DNA of 59,522 nt, filler included, from Dirinaria sp. TL-2023a (Eukaryota): the NCBI GenBank assembly GCA_051941275.1. It is 3 parts of 3 records of this genome, joined end to end, with 100 filler letters (N's around TTAATTAATTAA, not from the genome) between each part and the next. Parts side by side here need not be neighbours in the genome. Positions count along the whole stretch, not along the records: positions 1 to 19,796 come from JAVEBF010000313.1; 2 more parts are not named here. One strand, given 5' to 3'. A program made the translations under genes and the position numbers. Numbering within the stretch: the first letter of the stretch is position 1; each line of letters starts with the position of its first letter. The notes under the pieces are model-generated. The model was not told the DNA's origin, did no database searches, and worked only from the letters and a program-made list of their open reading frames with translations. Of the stretch, positions 1 through 13,061 are shown piece by piece.

Positions 1-3000
1 GCATCTCGGGCCACGACTGCCGCACGGGGTTCTCGAGGTGGTAGACGGTGGACGTCGGAGGGGAGTGGGGCTGGAAGAGGATCTCGATGAGGCTGGACGC
101 GGCGACGTCGAGCGGGATCCAGGATAGTGTCTGCTCCGATTCTCAGCCACGGCGATTTACGGTTCTTGGGGCGGATTTGTTCGTGATGGGGGGAAAGAAA
201 AGAGAGTAGAAAAAAAAGAAGAAGAAGAAGAAGCAACAACTCACCCCCTGCAAATCAGGCAAAGCCCCCAATACCTGCGCGCTCCGAAACACGCTCGGCA
301 AATGCTCCGTCGCAGCCCAGCTCGCCGCGCCCGTCGAGCCCGTCAGCTGTCCCACACGCACGACGACGGGCTCGAACCGCTGCGTCGCCGCCGCCGCCTT
401 GAGCAGGATCTGCTCGCACACCCACTTTGCCTCGGGGTAGCCGAAGGGCGCCGTTACCTCGGGGTCGTCCATGGGGATCTCAGGGACCAGCGGCTGCGAG
501 GTTTTGGACGGGTAGTGCGCCACGCTGGCGATGGAGGAGGTGAACAGGATGCGTGGCGGCGCGGGACCGGTGCTGCGGATGGCGAGCTGGATGATGGAGG
601 ACAGGTACGTGAATTGGGCTTCGAAGGACGCGCATGCCCGGTTGAAGTCCATGGGCCAGGCGTTGTGGATGATGTACGAGGCCTGCTGGAGCCGGGTGTA
701 GAGTTCCGGGGATAGACCGAGGTTGGGTGATGAAGGTTTGGCTTCCAGGGGGTGCAGTTTGGGCCAGAGGTGGGAAGGGAGGCAGATCCCGGCTTTGGCA
801 AAGGCGCGATGTTGGCGGGAGGTCTGGTCTGTGGGTGTAGGTGAGGGCCGGTTGAGGCAGTAGATGTGCGAGACGGAAGGGTCTTGGGCGAGGATGGAGA
901 GGAGGCTGGAACCCAGGTTCCCCGTGGAGCCGGTGAGGATGACGATTTTGCCGTCTGGGCTATCGAGGTCGTGGAAGTCTCCCTTCATGGGCTCGGTGCT
1001 CATTGCTGCGATGGTGTTGCAGTGCCTTTGGACTGCCTCGTGCATGATTTCGGTCCTGGAAGGTTCAACTCCGTTGGTCACTCCATGGTCGCTGGCCAGA
1101 GATGACAAAGCTTTGCGCTGAGACAAGATTGTTGGATGTGAGTAGACAAAGCCTTTGGTCATGACAGACGAGGCCCTTTTGTCAAGGCCACTCTTTTGCA
1201 GTGCTGACGTTAGCATATTGTGCAGTCGAGTCGCTTGCAATGAGTTCATGCCTAGCTCGAAGATGTCCTCGTCAATACTCATAGGTGCCTCTTCCTGGCT
1301 AAGACCAAGGATGTTGGTAATAGCCTTCCGCAAATAGTGGTCAATCTCTTGCGTATTTTGCAGTTCGGGCAAGGGCTCGATGTTGGCGGTTTCGGCCTTG
1401 GAATATGCAGCGTCAATCTCTGCTGCAAACGAGTCATAGATCTCTTTCCTTGCAAGAGAGCCTTTAGCGGTTCGTTGCAGCGGTCGATCTACCGCACTTG
1501 CTTCAATGACCATGTCTTTGCTCACAGCAACATGGCTGTCGCTCTCCTTATTTCCTTTCTCCACTAACGGCCAGATGGCTTCGCGGAGAGAGTCGGCCTG
1601 ATTGTTGTTAGAGCAGTCAAGCTCAACATCTGGAGCAGCCTCCACAATAAGGCCGAGATGGTCGCGACCCTCCCCAAAAGCTATGGCGTCTGTGATTTTT
1701 GGGTCACTAGCGACAATCGCTTCGAGTCCTGTCGTACGAGCCTTTTCTCCATTTGCTAGAACAATCAGATCATCCGCCCGACCGAGAAATCGGAATTGCG
1801 TCGTTGAAGCCTTGGGATTTGGCTCAAGGAAGTCTTGCACTATGAAGTCCTCGTCCCACCCAGGAGCTCGGCCCACCAGCTTTACACAGCCGGCCTTTTC
1901 CGGACACTCCTCCAAGCGTAGGTTGAGATCGTTTCGAAGAACAAAGTAATGCCAATCATAGTCGGGTTTTGGGTTGAAGACTGGAGCAAGAGCACCAATC
2001 TCCGTGGCACCGCAGTGATTTAGCAGGCAAACCCCATTGGATGAAAGCTCCTCTGCAACAGCACTCTTCATTGGGCCACCACCACAAGCGACGAAATCAA
2101 GAGGCCGAAGTGCCTTGATGCCTGCTTGATCAGGAGCGTGACAGATGTCCTCCAGTATCATAGGAACAGTCACTAGCGAAGTAGACGCTGATTTCTGCAG
2201 CAGTCTTATGGTAGACTCTGCATTTGGTACCGTTGAAGCAGACGGCAGAGCGAACGTCTTTCCGATGGATAATGCTAGCGCAGGCGGTAGCATTCCGAAC
2301 CCCTGAAATTCGTACTAGCTTAGAGCACGCTCTTCATTTTCGGAAATCAGTAGACTTACGTGAAATAAAGGCAGAGTTGATGTACACACACGCGTTGTGT
2401 CTTCCCCAGGCTCAAACCGATGGCACGTGGCGTAATTGAGAAGATACCTGTGTGCATGATATATCGGTTTCGGCAGACCTGTAGACCCAGAAGAGTGCAG
2501 GATAATAGCATTTCTGTCGAGCTTTTTGATCGCCGGAGCTTGAGGTGGAACGCAGTCGCTTGATGGTTGCTCATCATTAACAAATGCTTCAAATGGGGCG
2601 CTTTCGATTAACGAAACCAATGCTAAACCTTTCTTTTCGACGATATCCGAGGCCTCTTTGGCTGAGCGGCTGGTATGAGTGGTGACTATCATACTTTTGA
2701 CCCCAATCTTCTCAACGAGATGGGCAATGGCGGCAGGACTTAGACGCGCAGAGAATAGCGCTACCTGTTAATAGTCAGGGATTCAACCAATTACCAATTA
2801 GATTAAGGTATATACTGGAATATCCAATCTCATCAGAGCCAACAGATAGATGAATAAGGTAACGTCACTAGCCATGAGCAGTGCAACTGCATCAGGCTTC
2901 TGATTTGCATTCCGGCCTTGATCAACAATCTCATCCATAAGCCGGAAAGTACATTTTCCCACAGCATCAGCTAAATCCTTGCATGTCAATCCATGAAGAT

Positions 3001-3199
3001 CGTTTTTGTTCTTGAGTTCCTGAAGACAGAAGACATGATCAGGATTGTTGACGGCATTGAAGTCAACCAAGTCCAGCAGGGTATGAATGGTGGAATTGTT
3101 TGTCTTAGCGCCCTTCCGACTGTCTATGCTTTCTTCTGCATCAAGTGGAGGTCTGATGAATGTATACACCTTGCTGTCTTCTATCGGTAAGCTGCCCAT
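1..3199 (-). CDS. NRPS-like adenylate-forming carboxylic acid reductase (A-T-R), 3' end truncated at the window/contig edge
   Basis: Inferred exons are 3199-2816, 2764-2360, 2302-245 and 130-1, separated by GT-AG introns. A-domain motifs [31 protein letters not shown] and GRADD; carrier-domain motif ELGMNSLQA; reductase motifs [19 protein letters not shown] and YPEAK (YxxxK). The last exon reads [11 protein letters not shown]...[15 protein letters not shown] and runs off the edge. Confidence 0.93.
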
Positions 3200-4239
3200 A
3201 ATGGCTCTTGAAATGACACTCTCAACTAAAACTTTAGAAGTGGAGGGGTGAGATTGTTCTGTCTACCTGATCCGACTGATCCAGGATGTCTTTTTCATTA
3301 GGAAGTGCGAGTGGTACACTCAAGCCAGGCTAGTACACAAGTAGTCGCATGAAGCGAACAGGCCAGACAGAAGCTATGAATACTTACTCATGGCGTTCGG
3401 GCCTCATAGTATAGCTTGACGAAGGAAGCTGATGCTCTCAGGCATCCTGACCCCACCATCATCGGACAGAGGCCCCAATGGCGACATAAGCCGTCGTCTC
3501 CATACCGCCCAACCAAGGCGGACCATGACACGATGCTAGTCCAGAGTCTCACCACAGTAATCGCCATGGTCCGCATCGCAGCTCAATCTTCACAAGAATC
3601 CTTTTATATGGTCCACTGTTCCAAAAAGAGAAAGCTGAGGAAGGCCGGGCACATGAGGCTGAAGAAGCAGCAAATTGGTCTTTACTGCGGTATCAGGACT
3701 TACTCTGGTCTTATTTACTCGGCCAAGAGCCCGTAGTCGCGGATGTTCGGCGATATTTATGCAGACAAGGGGCAGAATGCAAGCTCCGGGATAGTCGCAA
3801 TCTACGAAGTATTGCGTCGCAGGATTTGATCAGGTTAAGCTAGCTGCAGAAATTGGCTGGAACATATGCAGTCAGCTTCAAGCCACATCGTTGGCCTTAC
3901 GAGTTTCGTCTAAGCTCATGATCTTGGCATCTTTTTGGCCCCATCCATTGAAATTCCTTCATTCTCCCAACTTTGTGTTGGTTCATCGTCAGTCCACCAC
4001 ACCACCATGCGCATGCTGCACCGTTTCAACCATGTTGCTGTTTCCAACGCCCAATCACGGCGGGCAGTAAAGATGTCGAAATTGTCATGTGGTTACACCC
4101 CCTCGACCCTTTCCATGTCGCAATGTACCCTGTCTTATTCCTGAAGGAAGCGGATAGCTGCCGCCCGATTTCTGCTAGGCTACGATATCTCCAATGACTG
4201 AGCTCTATTCCAAATCTGTTGATAGCAAGATGTCTGGTC

Positions 4240-5766
4240 TTAATTGGGCTTGTCAACACTAGGGCAAACTGAGAAGCTCACAGAGCCTAAGGTGTCGCTG
4301 ACCATCTCCATCAGTCTACCGAGTTTCGTTGCTGGGCATGTGGTTGTGATGACGACGTGTCTGATCTCCTCTTGAGACGGCCCTGGGCTTTTTGGCGAAG
4401 GACAGCGCTGACTCGATGTGATAGTAAAATTGATGTACTGCAGCTCCTCCGCAGTTGTCTGCATGAGTTGCCGTATCTCTGCGCGCGAGCATGTGGCTGT
4501 GATGGTGACTGTTTTCTTTGCGTTTTGATCATCTGTCGCTTCTCTGGTTGTTGATGGGAGATCAGCATTGCTGGGCGCGACGAGATTAGGAAATATAGCT
4601 TGCGGTATCTGGAAGGAGTCGTGAGGCTATTTGAGTTAGCGAAGCTTTTCCACGGCTTAAGTGTACCATACCGGAGCCAAGTAGCCGTCAGAGAACGGCG
4701 CGTTGTGGAACATTTGATGATCACTCTCTGTGTACGTGGCTTGATTTGGAAAGGTTTGATCCAAAGATGGAAATTGAGGAAGGGAGTTTGAAGATGCAGC
4801 CGGCCAGAACGAATCGATATCCATGGTAGACATTGATGGAGACCCCGGAGAGCTCTCCATTAAATCATTGAACTCGACCTCCTTGACATGGCTGCTTGGT
4901 AATGACTTGTTCTCCGGCGGCCAGTCCTCATCGCCGTCGTCGTCGTCGCTCAAACTGTCGTTGAGATAATCTGACTCATTCCCTTCGCTCTGTGGAACAG
5001 TCTCGCTCGAGGTCTGTGCTGAACTACTAAGACTCGGTCTTCCAGATTGCGTACTCGTACTCGAGCGGGTCCTTGCTTGCGAGGAGTTGGAGGAATGTAG
5101 AGAGCTTGGTGTTGATGATTGCCTATTGACTCCAGGTCGTCGGCACATGTAATTGTACTGATTCCTTGCTGACAGAGCAGTACGGCCAGGGAAATGGTCG
5201 GCGACGATGGAACTCCAGTTGTGGCCCTGTTGCTCCACGCACCGTAATAGTGTTTTGGTCTAGAACGATAGAATGCCAAGACTCAGCCTTAACTGATCTG
5301 AACATGTATACACCGACCCAGTACAAATGGATTGAACAGAGCCAGACTTACATCTCGTGGACTCCAAGGGCTCTGGTCAATAGCTGGATCTAACGTATTG
5401 TTCCATCGCTTGGAGCACTGGTCACCACTTCTCGTCCCAACTTCGGCGGCAACTCTCGTCCATCGCAGTCCATACTTCTGGACAGCGGCGCGAAGTCTAT
5501 CGTCTTCAACCTTCGTCCATGTCCCCTTGTTGACCGTTGCCGAAACTTTGTAATAATAGCGTTTTCGACAATCTTTGTTGGTTCTGCCTGGCACGTTCGC
5601 AGCAATTGTGCTCCACTGAATACTTTGCAAGTCGCTGCCGGCTAGGTAGTCAAGATTAGGCTGAGACAGAGACCAGGTGACGAGAAAATAAATGAGCACC
5701 TTGTTCTACCGCTCGCTCCAGTAGCTCGTCCTCTCTTGCCGTCCAGTTTCGTCGCTCCCGTGCCAT
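4240..5766 (-). CDS. Three-repeat Myb-like transcription factor (probable cluster regulator)
   Basis: Inferred exons are 5766-5700, 5641-5352, 5259-4672 and 4626-4240. Myb repeats: RRNWTAREDELL...WSTIAANVPGRTNKDCRKRY, KGTWTKVEDDRL...WTRVAAEVGTRSGDQCSKRW and SPWSPRDTKTLL...NWSSIVADHFPGRTALSARNQY, followed by a Ser/acidic linker. The last exon depends on a 45-nt intron (4627-4671); without it the stop is at 4657. Confidence 0.88.
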
Positions 5767-6593
5767 TTGTATTTCCAGGTGAGGGCAAGATCTTGCAATC
5801 GGTAGCCAGGAAGCGAGATCAGCAGAGATAAAAATGCACTGTTACTCCCGAAGAGAGGCCAAATAAAAGCCGGAGCAACAGGCCAGATTCGTACTACGGT
5901 CGGCCTCAATCGCTCCGAATATCCCAGGATGCTCGAACACAGGCTTTAAGAATAGCCATCCTTTAATATTGAGGTTGCAGTGCGTTTACGGCGGATCGGT
6001 TTCTGCACCACTATTCAATGGCAGCGGTGAGCAGCTGCATTTGGGCCCGGACCACATCAGCCTTGCTCGGTGGGTACGAGTACCTTAGTGAGACACGCCA
6101 TCTAACTAGTTGTGTAATGGGATTCATGTCGGGGGGGAATGCTGGCTACCAAGTGGTGTGGCTTACTGCGAAGTTGCCCGCATGTCCATGAAAGAGATCT
6201 AAGGAGGATTCTGGCTTGCGACAAAGCGGGGCTTACTTACTGCTTACATACATTACTGGCATGCTGCAAAGATTGCCTGCTAAAGCTGAGAGGAGAAACA
6301 GGGAGTCCCCCTTCGTCACGCTCCCCATCCTTCGGACCATATCTACATACACGATACAGCTGAGAGAGAACGTTTGGAAGGCCCATGTGCGCATAACGGT
6401 ATGTGTGGATGCGCACCAAAGCGCTGTGCAGAGACAGATAGTTCTACTTGATTCGTTTTGCCTTACGATACATGCGTTATGCCCCCAATGTGGCTTATGC
6501 CCGGTTCCGAGATTAGGGCCGGGCCACCCAGTCGCGCCCCATACACAACCGCCGGGTGGGTGCAGCCTGAAAGGCACCCACGGTGTCTAGACT

Positions 6594-8266
6594 CTAGACC
6601 TTGCGCCTCTCCACACGCACCTGAAAACCCGACTGCACCACAAACCAACAATTCTCCACATGCCATTCTAGATCAGGTTCTGCAAGCGTGAGCTAGCGGG
6701 CGCCAAGTCAGTCTTTATTCACGAAGATTCTCGCGTGCTCCTCGAGAAGGACCATGGGATACATACATTGTATCTTCTCAGCAACGTTGGGATCAGCTTG
6801 TAAACTTCCAGTTGCGAGATATTCTTTCCAATGCAGGAACGATGGCCGGCACCAAACTGTGTCGTAGGCAATCGAGTCAGCCATGCACGAGACAGCGGAG
6901 TATAAGCTCATCTTACAGTCAAAAGAGACCGCTCCATCAATTTTCGCTGGTCCTCGTTGCCGCATAGCCATCTATTAGGATCCCATACCGCTGCGTTGGG
7001 TCCGAAGACTGACTCCTCTCGATGTGCTACCCAAGCATTGATGCCAACAATGGTACCAGGCTTGAAAGACTTGCCACAGATCGTTGCACCCTCGGAAGGG
7101 ACAATTCGTTCCAACTGCAAACCAAAGGGAGGATGTAAACGGCCCGCTTCTTTGATGCATGCATCTAAGAATGGGAGATCTTTCGCTTCACTCCACGCAA
7201 CAGCGTCGGCGGACAATTTCTCTTGATCAGCCGCCTGCTGCAGTTCTTCTTGAAGTCGATGCATCGTCGCAGGATATTTCAGGAGGTTATACAAGATGGT
7301 TCGCAGGAGGATTGCTGTCGTGTCGCTGCCAGCCAAAACATTGGATGTTGTCCAAGCAGTGAGGGCCCAGTCAGGAACCTTGTCATCCTTCGATTTAGCT
7401 TCGATGAAGCGGGACAAAAAATCTCGAGTATTCAACTCGATGTCCTCTGTCGGAGACTTGTTTTTCCTTTCGTCCGCTCGCTCGATGGCAAACCGGACGA
7501 TGGGCGAAGTGGGAGGGGGCCACAACCACGCCAGTGCTCTGTTCTTGTTCCAGAACTTGTCAAGCCAGGATACTTGACCGACCGGAGCAGCTTTCTCGAA
7601 ATGATGCCAGATAGAGTGCATGATACCATCGACGTCTTGTGCGCCTTCAAGGAACCCAAGACGACGTGAGAAGGTGATCTCGCCAATCACATCGAATGCA
7701 AATCGCTGGAGCCAGACGCCAAGATCACAGACATCGCCTGTGTTGGCAAACCTCGAATCCAGTTCTTTGCAGAAGACAGACATTGTCGAATCGACATACG
7801 GTTCAAAGCTGACCAAATTGGTCATCGAATATATGCTAGCAATTGGCTTCTTCATGATTCGATGGAGATCCTCGTCTTGGGTATTGAACAGTCCCGGCAT
7901 GGCAGCACCTTTGGCATGAGGCTGCAGTACCGGGTAGAACCCTGACTTGATAAAGTGGCCCGTCAAACCGTAAATTTGTTGTATCTCTGCCGGATCACCC
8001 ACGGAAACGGTGTTTGGCCCAATCCTGACCAGCGGTCCATATTTCTTATGGAGGTCGATGTGAATTTGGTGCGCTTTCCTCGTCAGGACCCATCGTAGAC
8101 GGAGAAGATTGGTGAACGATGCCAGAAACGGGCCGGGTACATGGCTCAATCGAGCATAGGTGACAACAAGGTACATCAAAGCGAGTATCAGGGAGAGCAC
8201 GCCGAGAATGGTCGCGTTGGCCTTCGCCAAGTCGATGGCAGCAGCCAAGGTCGCCGACAAAGCCAT
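6594..8266 (-). CDS. Cytochrome P450 monooxygenase (pisatin-demethylase-like type)
   Basis: N-terminal TM anchor, VPGPFLA, I-helix AGSDTT, K-helix EAGR, and heme motif FGAGHRSCIG in exon 2 (6856-6767). Exon 3 (6692-6594) ends ...VERRKV*. Introns 6857-6916 and 6693-6766. Confidence 0.95.
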
Positions 8267-8695
8267 AGTGTTGATCAGTTTCCCTTTGTCCACCAAAAAG
8301 GAACCAGCTATTGAAGCAATACATACTCGTTCGAGTATTGAGCGCACCACACTCTTTTGATTGTGGAAAGGCAATTACCGTGTCGCATCTCCATGCATAA
8401 GGTAGCATAAGGTACCTTAGCCAAGAGTTACGCTGGCACGTGACACTACCTACCCTCAGTACAGCCGCAACGGTTTCTCGGTTCTCCTATCAGACCCTGC
8501 ATGGACCCCGAGTACGGTCCAGAGTTAGTTCGCCTCGGCCCAGACCGTAGGATTTCCTGCCATGCCACATTGAGCCGCCAAGTGCCTGACTCATCATGCT
8601 CTCATCAGCCTTTGGTGTGAGGCATCCTGTCTAAGGGTCAAGAGGCAGGTCATGGACGACCATTTGTCCTGGCCAGGCAGCCGGCGATAGGTTGG

Positions 8696-8731
8696 CTTGA
8701 ATCCCACCTTGAATCCCACCTTGAATCCCAC
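8696..8731. repeat. Perfect 12-bp tandem repeat (CTTGAATCCCAC)x3 in the divergent P450/MFS promoter
   Basis: Units at 8696-8707, 8708-8719 and 8720-8731, read directly. Confidence 0.9.
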
Positions 8732-8940
8732 ACATGCAACATTGGCAGTGCACGTGTTTCCTTCCTCGGTCGGCTTCCCATTCCTCGTCGGTGCCTCTGA
8801 TTCGCCCACCAGCTTTGCCATGGGCTCTGCTACACATAAACGCCAAGGTCTCTGACTTCTAGCACCCGACCTTGTTGCTGGCTCATTCTGTACATCAATC
8901 CTTTGCTGCATACACTGTCGAAGCTGGAATCTTAGTCGCC

Positions 8941-10628
8941 ATGGCGCAAACATTCAAGACCGGAAGGCCGAACCTGTTGCAGCGCAAGAGCCATATGAAA
9001 TACGGCGACGAAAAAGAGTCGACGACGTTTGCCTTCCCACCAAGAACTGCACCAAAACCAAGCATCAGCAGCGACCGAACCTTTTCTTTCTCCTCATTCC
9101 GGACCCCATCATTCTCCCCATTCCAGGAAAGTGAAATCGAGCTAAATAAGAAAGCACAAACTGTACCAGACCCGGGGCCGGCACCAGACGGAGGGCTCAC
9201 AGCCTGGCTGCAGGTCTTGGGCGCATTCTTTCTGAACTTCAATACTTGGTGAAATCGCCCTGTAAGTGAACAAAATAGCGGCAACACTGACTCGCGGCGA
9301 TTTAGGGGCCTTGTCAATACTTATGGTGTCTTCCAATCATATTATGCTGGCGGCAGTCTCTTCACGGCGTCCCAGTCGGCCATCGCCTGGCTAGGTTCCA
9401 TTCAAGGCTTCCTGATGCTCACGATAGGGGTACTCTGTGGACGCGCCATCGACGCAGGGTATCTTCGCATCAACTTGGCGGCGGGTATAGTGACGATGAT
9501 TTTTGGTATGATGATGGTGTCGATCTGCCACGATTACTGGCAGTTTGTCTTGGCCCAAGGGGTCGTGGCTGGACTCGGTTCTGGTGCAACCTTCATACCT
9601 AGCGTGACTGTGGTAGGAACGTATTTCTCGGCTCATCGGTCGCTCGCCATTGGTATAGCAACAACTGGTAGCAGCGTTGGTATGTTCGCGTTCCTCAAAG
9701 TCATTCACGCAACTCACTCATAGGATCATGGCGTCTTCTAGGTGGCATCATATACCCTATCGTCTTGCGAAGACTGATAGCGGAGATCGGCTTTGGTTGG
9801 GCTGTCCGCGTGATGGCATTCATCATGCTCACGACTCTATTACTGTCGCTATCCGTGATGAGGTCTCGCCTGCCACCAAGGAAGTCAGGGCCTATCGTGG
9901 ACTTTAGCGCTTTCCGAGACCCAGGGTACTCCATATTTCTCGCCTGTGAGTTTAACCATCCGATCGTGAAATTTGTGGGCTGGCTTAACTTGGAAACCAG
10001 CTGTCTTCATCACATACACCGGTCTATATGTGCCTTTCTTCTATGTCGAGTCCTATGCAACCAACATAGGGATCAACGAGGACATGGCCTTCTACATGCT
10101 GATCATGATGAACGCAGCAAGCGTGTTGGGAAGAATTTTGCCGCCGTTTGTCGCAGACAGGTGAATGTTCCATAGCACCTTTTTGCAACCGGCGTCTTTC
10201 CATACTAACGTATGCTACATTGCAGCACGGGCAACCTGGCCATACTCATACCATGCAGCTTTTTCTCCGCACTCATACTGCTCTCCTGGATCCGGGTCAA
10301 CTCGCAAGAGGGAATCATTGCGATATCAGTCATGTACGGTTTCATCAGCGGAAGCATACAGGCGGTGGTACCTGCAACGGTAGCCTTTCTATGCCCGGAC
10401 CTATCGAAGTATGGGACCAGACTCGGTATGGTGCTCGCAATCGGTGGCGGCTTTGGTGTATTGCTTGGGGCTCCACTTGCCGGCGCAATCCTGGACAGCC
10501 AGTCTTCAGCCGATCAACAGGAGTATTGGGGACTCCTTGTCTTCTCTGGCATCCTGGTTTTTGCAGGCGCGGTGCTCCAGCTCGTTGTAAGAACTCTCAA
10601 GGTTGGATGGAGCTTGCAAAAAGCCTGA
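8941..10628 (+). CDS. MFS transporter, monocarboxylate-permease-like (probable cluster efflux pump)
   Basis: [36 protein letters not shown] signature and multiple TM helices. Introns 9249-9305, 9680-9741, 9946-10000 and 10161-10225 restore the frame. The start could alternatively be 8995. Confidence 0.92.
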
Positions 10629-13061
10629 GTATGGAGAATCTAGGGTGCCAAAGGCTTCTTGTTTGGCACAAATCCATCTCTGATCCACCGCAATCTTATT
10701 TATTTTCGCAGCATCGGTTAAAGCTTTACCCTCACAGTTGCACCTTGGTATGTTCCAGTAGAAAGGTTGGAAGGCTGCTAGTCGTTGAGACGGGTACAAA
10801 GACATTGGAGAGGAGAAATCGCATGGAAGGCGTTCCAGCAATTGAGCGTGGCGGCTTAGGAGACAACTTCTTCATCTTGGTACCTTAGTCTGTGCTCTCT
10901 GATGAAGACTGAACTCAACGGTGGTCATGGAGAAGCAATAGATAAGAAAGTGCCGAGGGTGCTTACGCAACCAGGTCAAGCGTAACTTAAAGCAGACCAT
11001 TACGTCATCTTACAGACCTACTTGAGCCCTAAGGCTTGCTTACCTTCCATATTTATGTTACCTGACCTGTACATTACCTTGCTCTCCAGTCTCTTATGGT
11101 GTCTGTTCTTGTCGACCCTCCCTCGCATAGCCACAGCATCAAGACTTGCAGTCACAACTCTGAGCACTCCCTAGCTGTAATGCCGACCACAAGAATTGGA
11201 ATAGGTCCGGAACAGTTTGATCCTCCGCCGGATGTTCCAGCTCCTCGTTCGTATGCCAGCGGAAGCAGCCACTCGAAATTCATTGTAGCTCACTTGCTAT
11301 CTGGCGCTAGAGGCCGATCGTATGTCAATATCTACGCTCGTATCATATTAATCTGAAAGACAACAGCTCGGATCTAGCTACTTCTATCCTTTAAGATGTT
11401 CACTACGCCGGAGATACAACAGGTACTCACCTAAGTCCACCTAGTGCGTGAAATCTGCTGAGGATCCATAGGAACACGATTCCAGAGTATGTGCTCAAGT
11501 CCGCGGAAAATACGGCGCTGAATTGTTCTGCACTGCCAAAGCATGCTCAGCGTCGATAATCAACCTCCTGACCACTGTATGCCACTTGGTCTAAGAGTCC
11601 CCGTTTCATCCACCAACGTCGCACATTTGTAAGAGCTTGGAGCGTACGGCATGACGCAACAACTATATGCAAAAGTCTCGGGCGGAGGAGCAGCCATGTG
11701 GATGGAAATCCCGGGCCATCCGTACAAACCATACCGTAGGGCTGCTGCGCGGCGGGAGCCATGCTGTCGGAGACGATGCATCAAGCCACGATCCGAACAT
11801 GATGACTGGCGTAAGCTTACCGCGACAAGCGATGTGAAGAGCAGGGGTACAATGCTATACCCCGTGGCCGGGGAACTTGCCAGGGACTCTCGCCACTACC
11901 TCGCCCCATAAGCTTTCTGATTTGATGGACAACCGTCCGCAACCCGTATCATCGTTTGGCCCTCTGCCAAGCTGTCACTCATCATCCTGAAATCGGAGCT
12001 TTTGAACCTCGTTTGATCTTTATGCACAAAGGCTATCTTTTGTTTAGTCCTGCTATTTACTCGCCCTATTTACTCACCCATGTTCTCTGATTATGTGCTG
12101 CAAAGATGTTTTCAAGGTTCGCCATACTCGCCCCTTTCGGGAGATTGCCGCAGTGTTTTCCCATCATGTACAGATTTTCTCCAGAGTAATCATGCCTCTA
12201 GAGAATCATAATCGAAGATCTCAGCCAACGTTACAGTTCAGCTTATTTCACTTCGCGCTCAAGGCGGGGTCCATTAAGTCTGCAGTCTTAACCGTGTGCG
12301 AAGCATACTCAATACTGAATAAATCGGTCGCATGTGCTGCAATGAAAGGTAGGTCATCGTAAGTCCCGCCGAAATCGTACTCAGTAGAAAAATTTTGGCA
12401 GTTTTAATCCCTTTTCAAGGTGTCTTTACTCGGATAGATTGGAGATCTATTCGGCTTTTGCTAATTATACGTGGGATGTCCCTACCGTGGTTCCAATGGA
12501 TGGAACACCCATCACAATCACTCTGCCAATTTCGTGCAATGGCTCTGGGTAGCTTCACCTTTCAAAGAAGAAGAGGATGTTGGGTGCGAGTATCAAGGTC
12601 CGTGGTGTCGGCTATCTGGTCCTGGACGACATGGCCAGTTGGGACTCGAAGCGCACGCGACTCTGCGTCCCTCTTATGGACAGAGTAAAATCAGCTCGAC
12701 TTTGAAGACGCTCTCAAAGTTGAAGCGCAAGCCTCAATACTCCAGTAACGATGTTTGTAGGCCTTAGAGGCTGACCGCTTAAGCGACTTTTACTCGGGGC
12801 TGGACTTTCTCCTAACTTGGCACATGGTGATTTTGGTCCCTTGGCGCCGGATTGATCCCTGGATCACCTTGGATCAGGTTACCCTGGATTACTCCTTACG
12901 AGACATACCTGATCTAGGCTGAACGGATTGGTTGAGTGTAAGGGCTGACCGCTTCGTCTTGTCTGGGGTCCTTGAATATTGAATCCAGCACAGCTTGGCA
13001 TTATATCACTGATAACTCGGAAGTGCCTCCCCATTTGTCCAATATGCCACTCGGGTAGACG

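Noticed and set aside
143..244. Poly-Phe C-terminus of the 716-aa ORF
   Set aside because: It is read-through into intron 131-244, which contains a (TTC)n/poly-T tract. The true reading frame continues in the exon starting at 130.
10629..13061. Short ORFs in the 2.4-kb region upstream of the PKS
   Set aside because: No recognisable motifs or coherent exon chain; treated as intergenic or promoter sequence.
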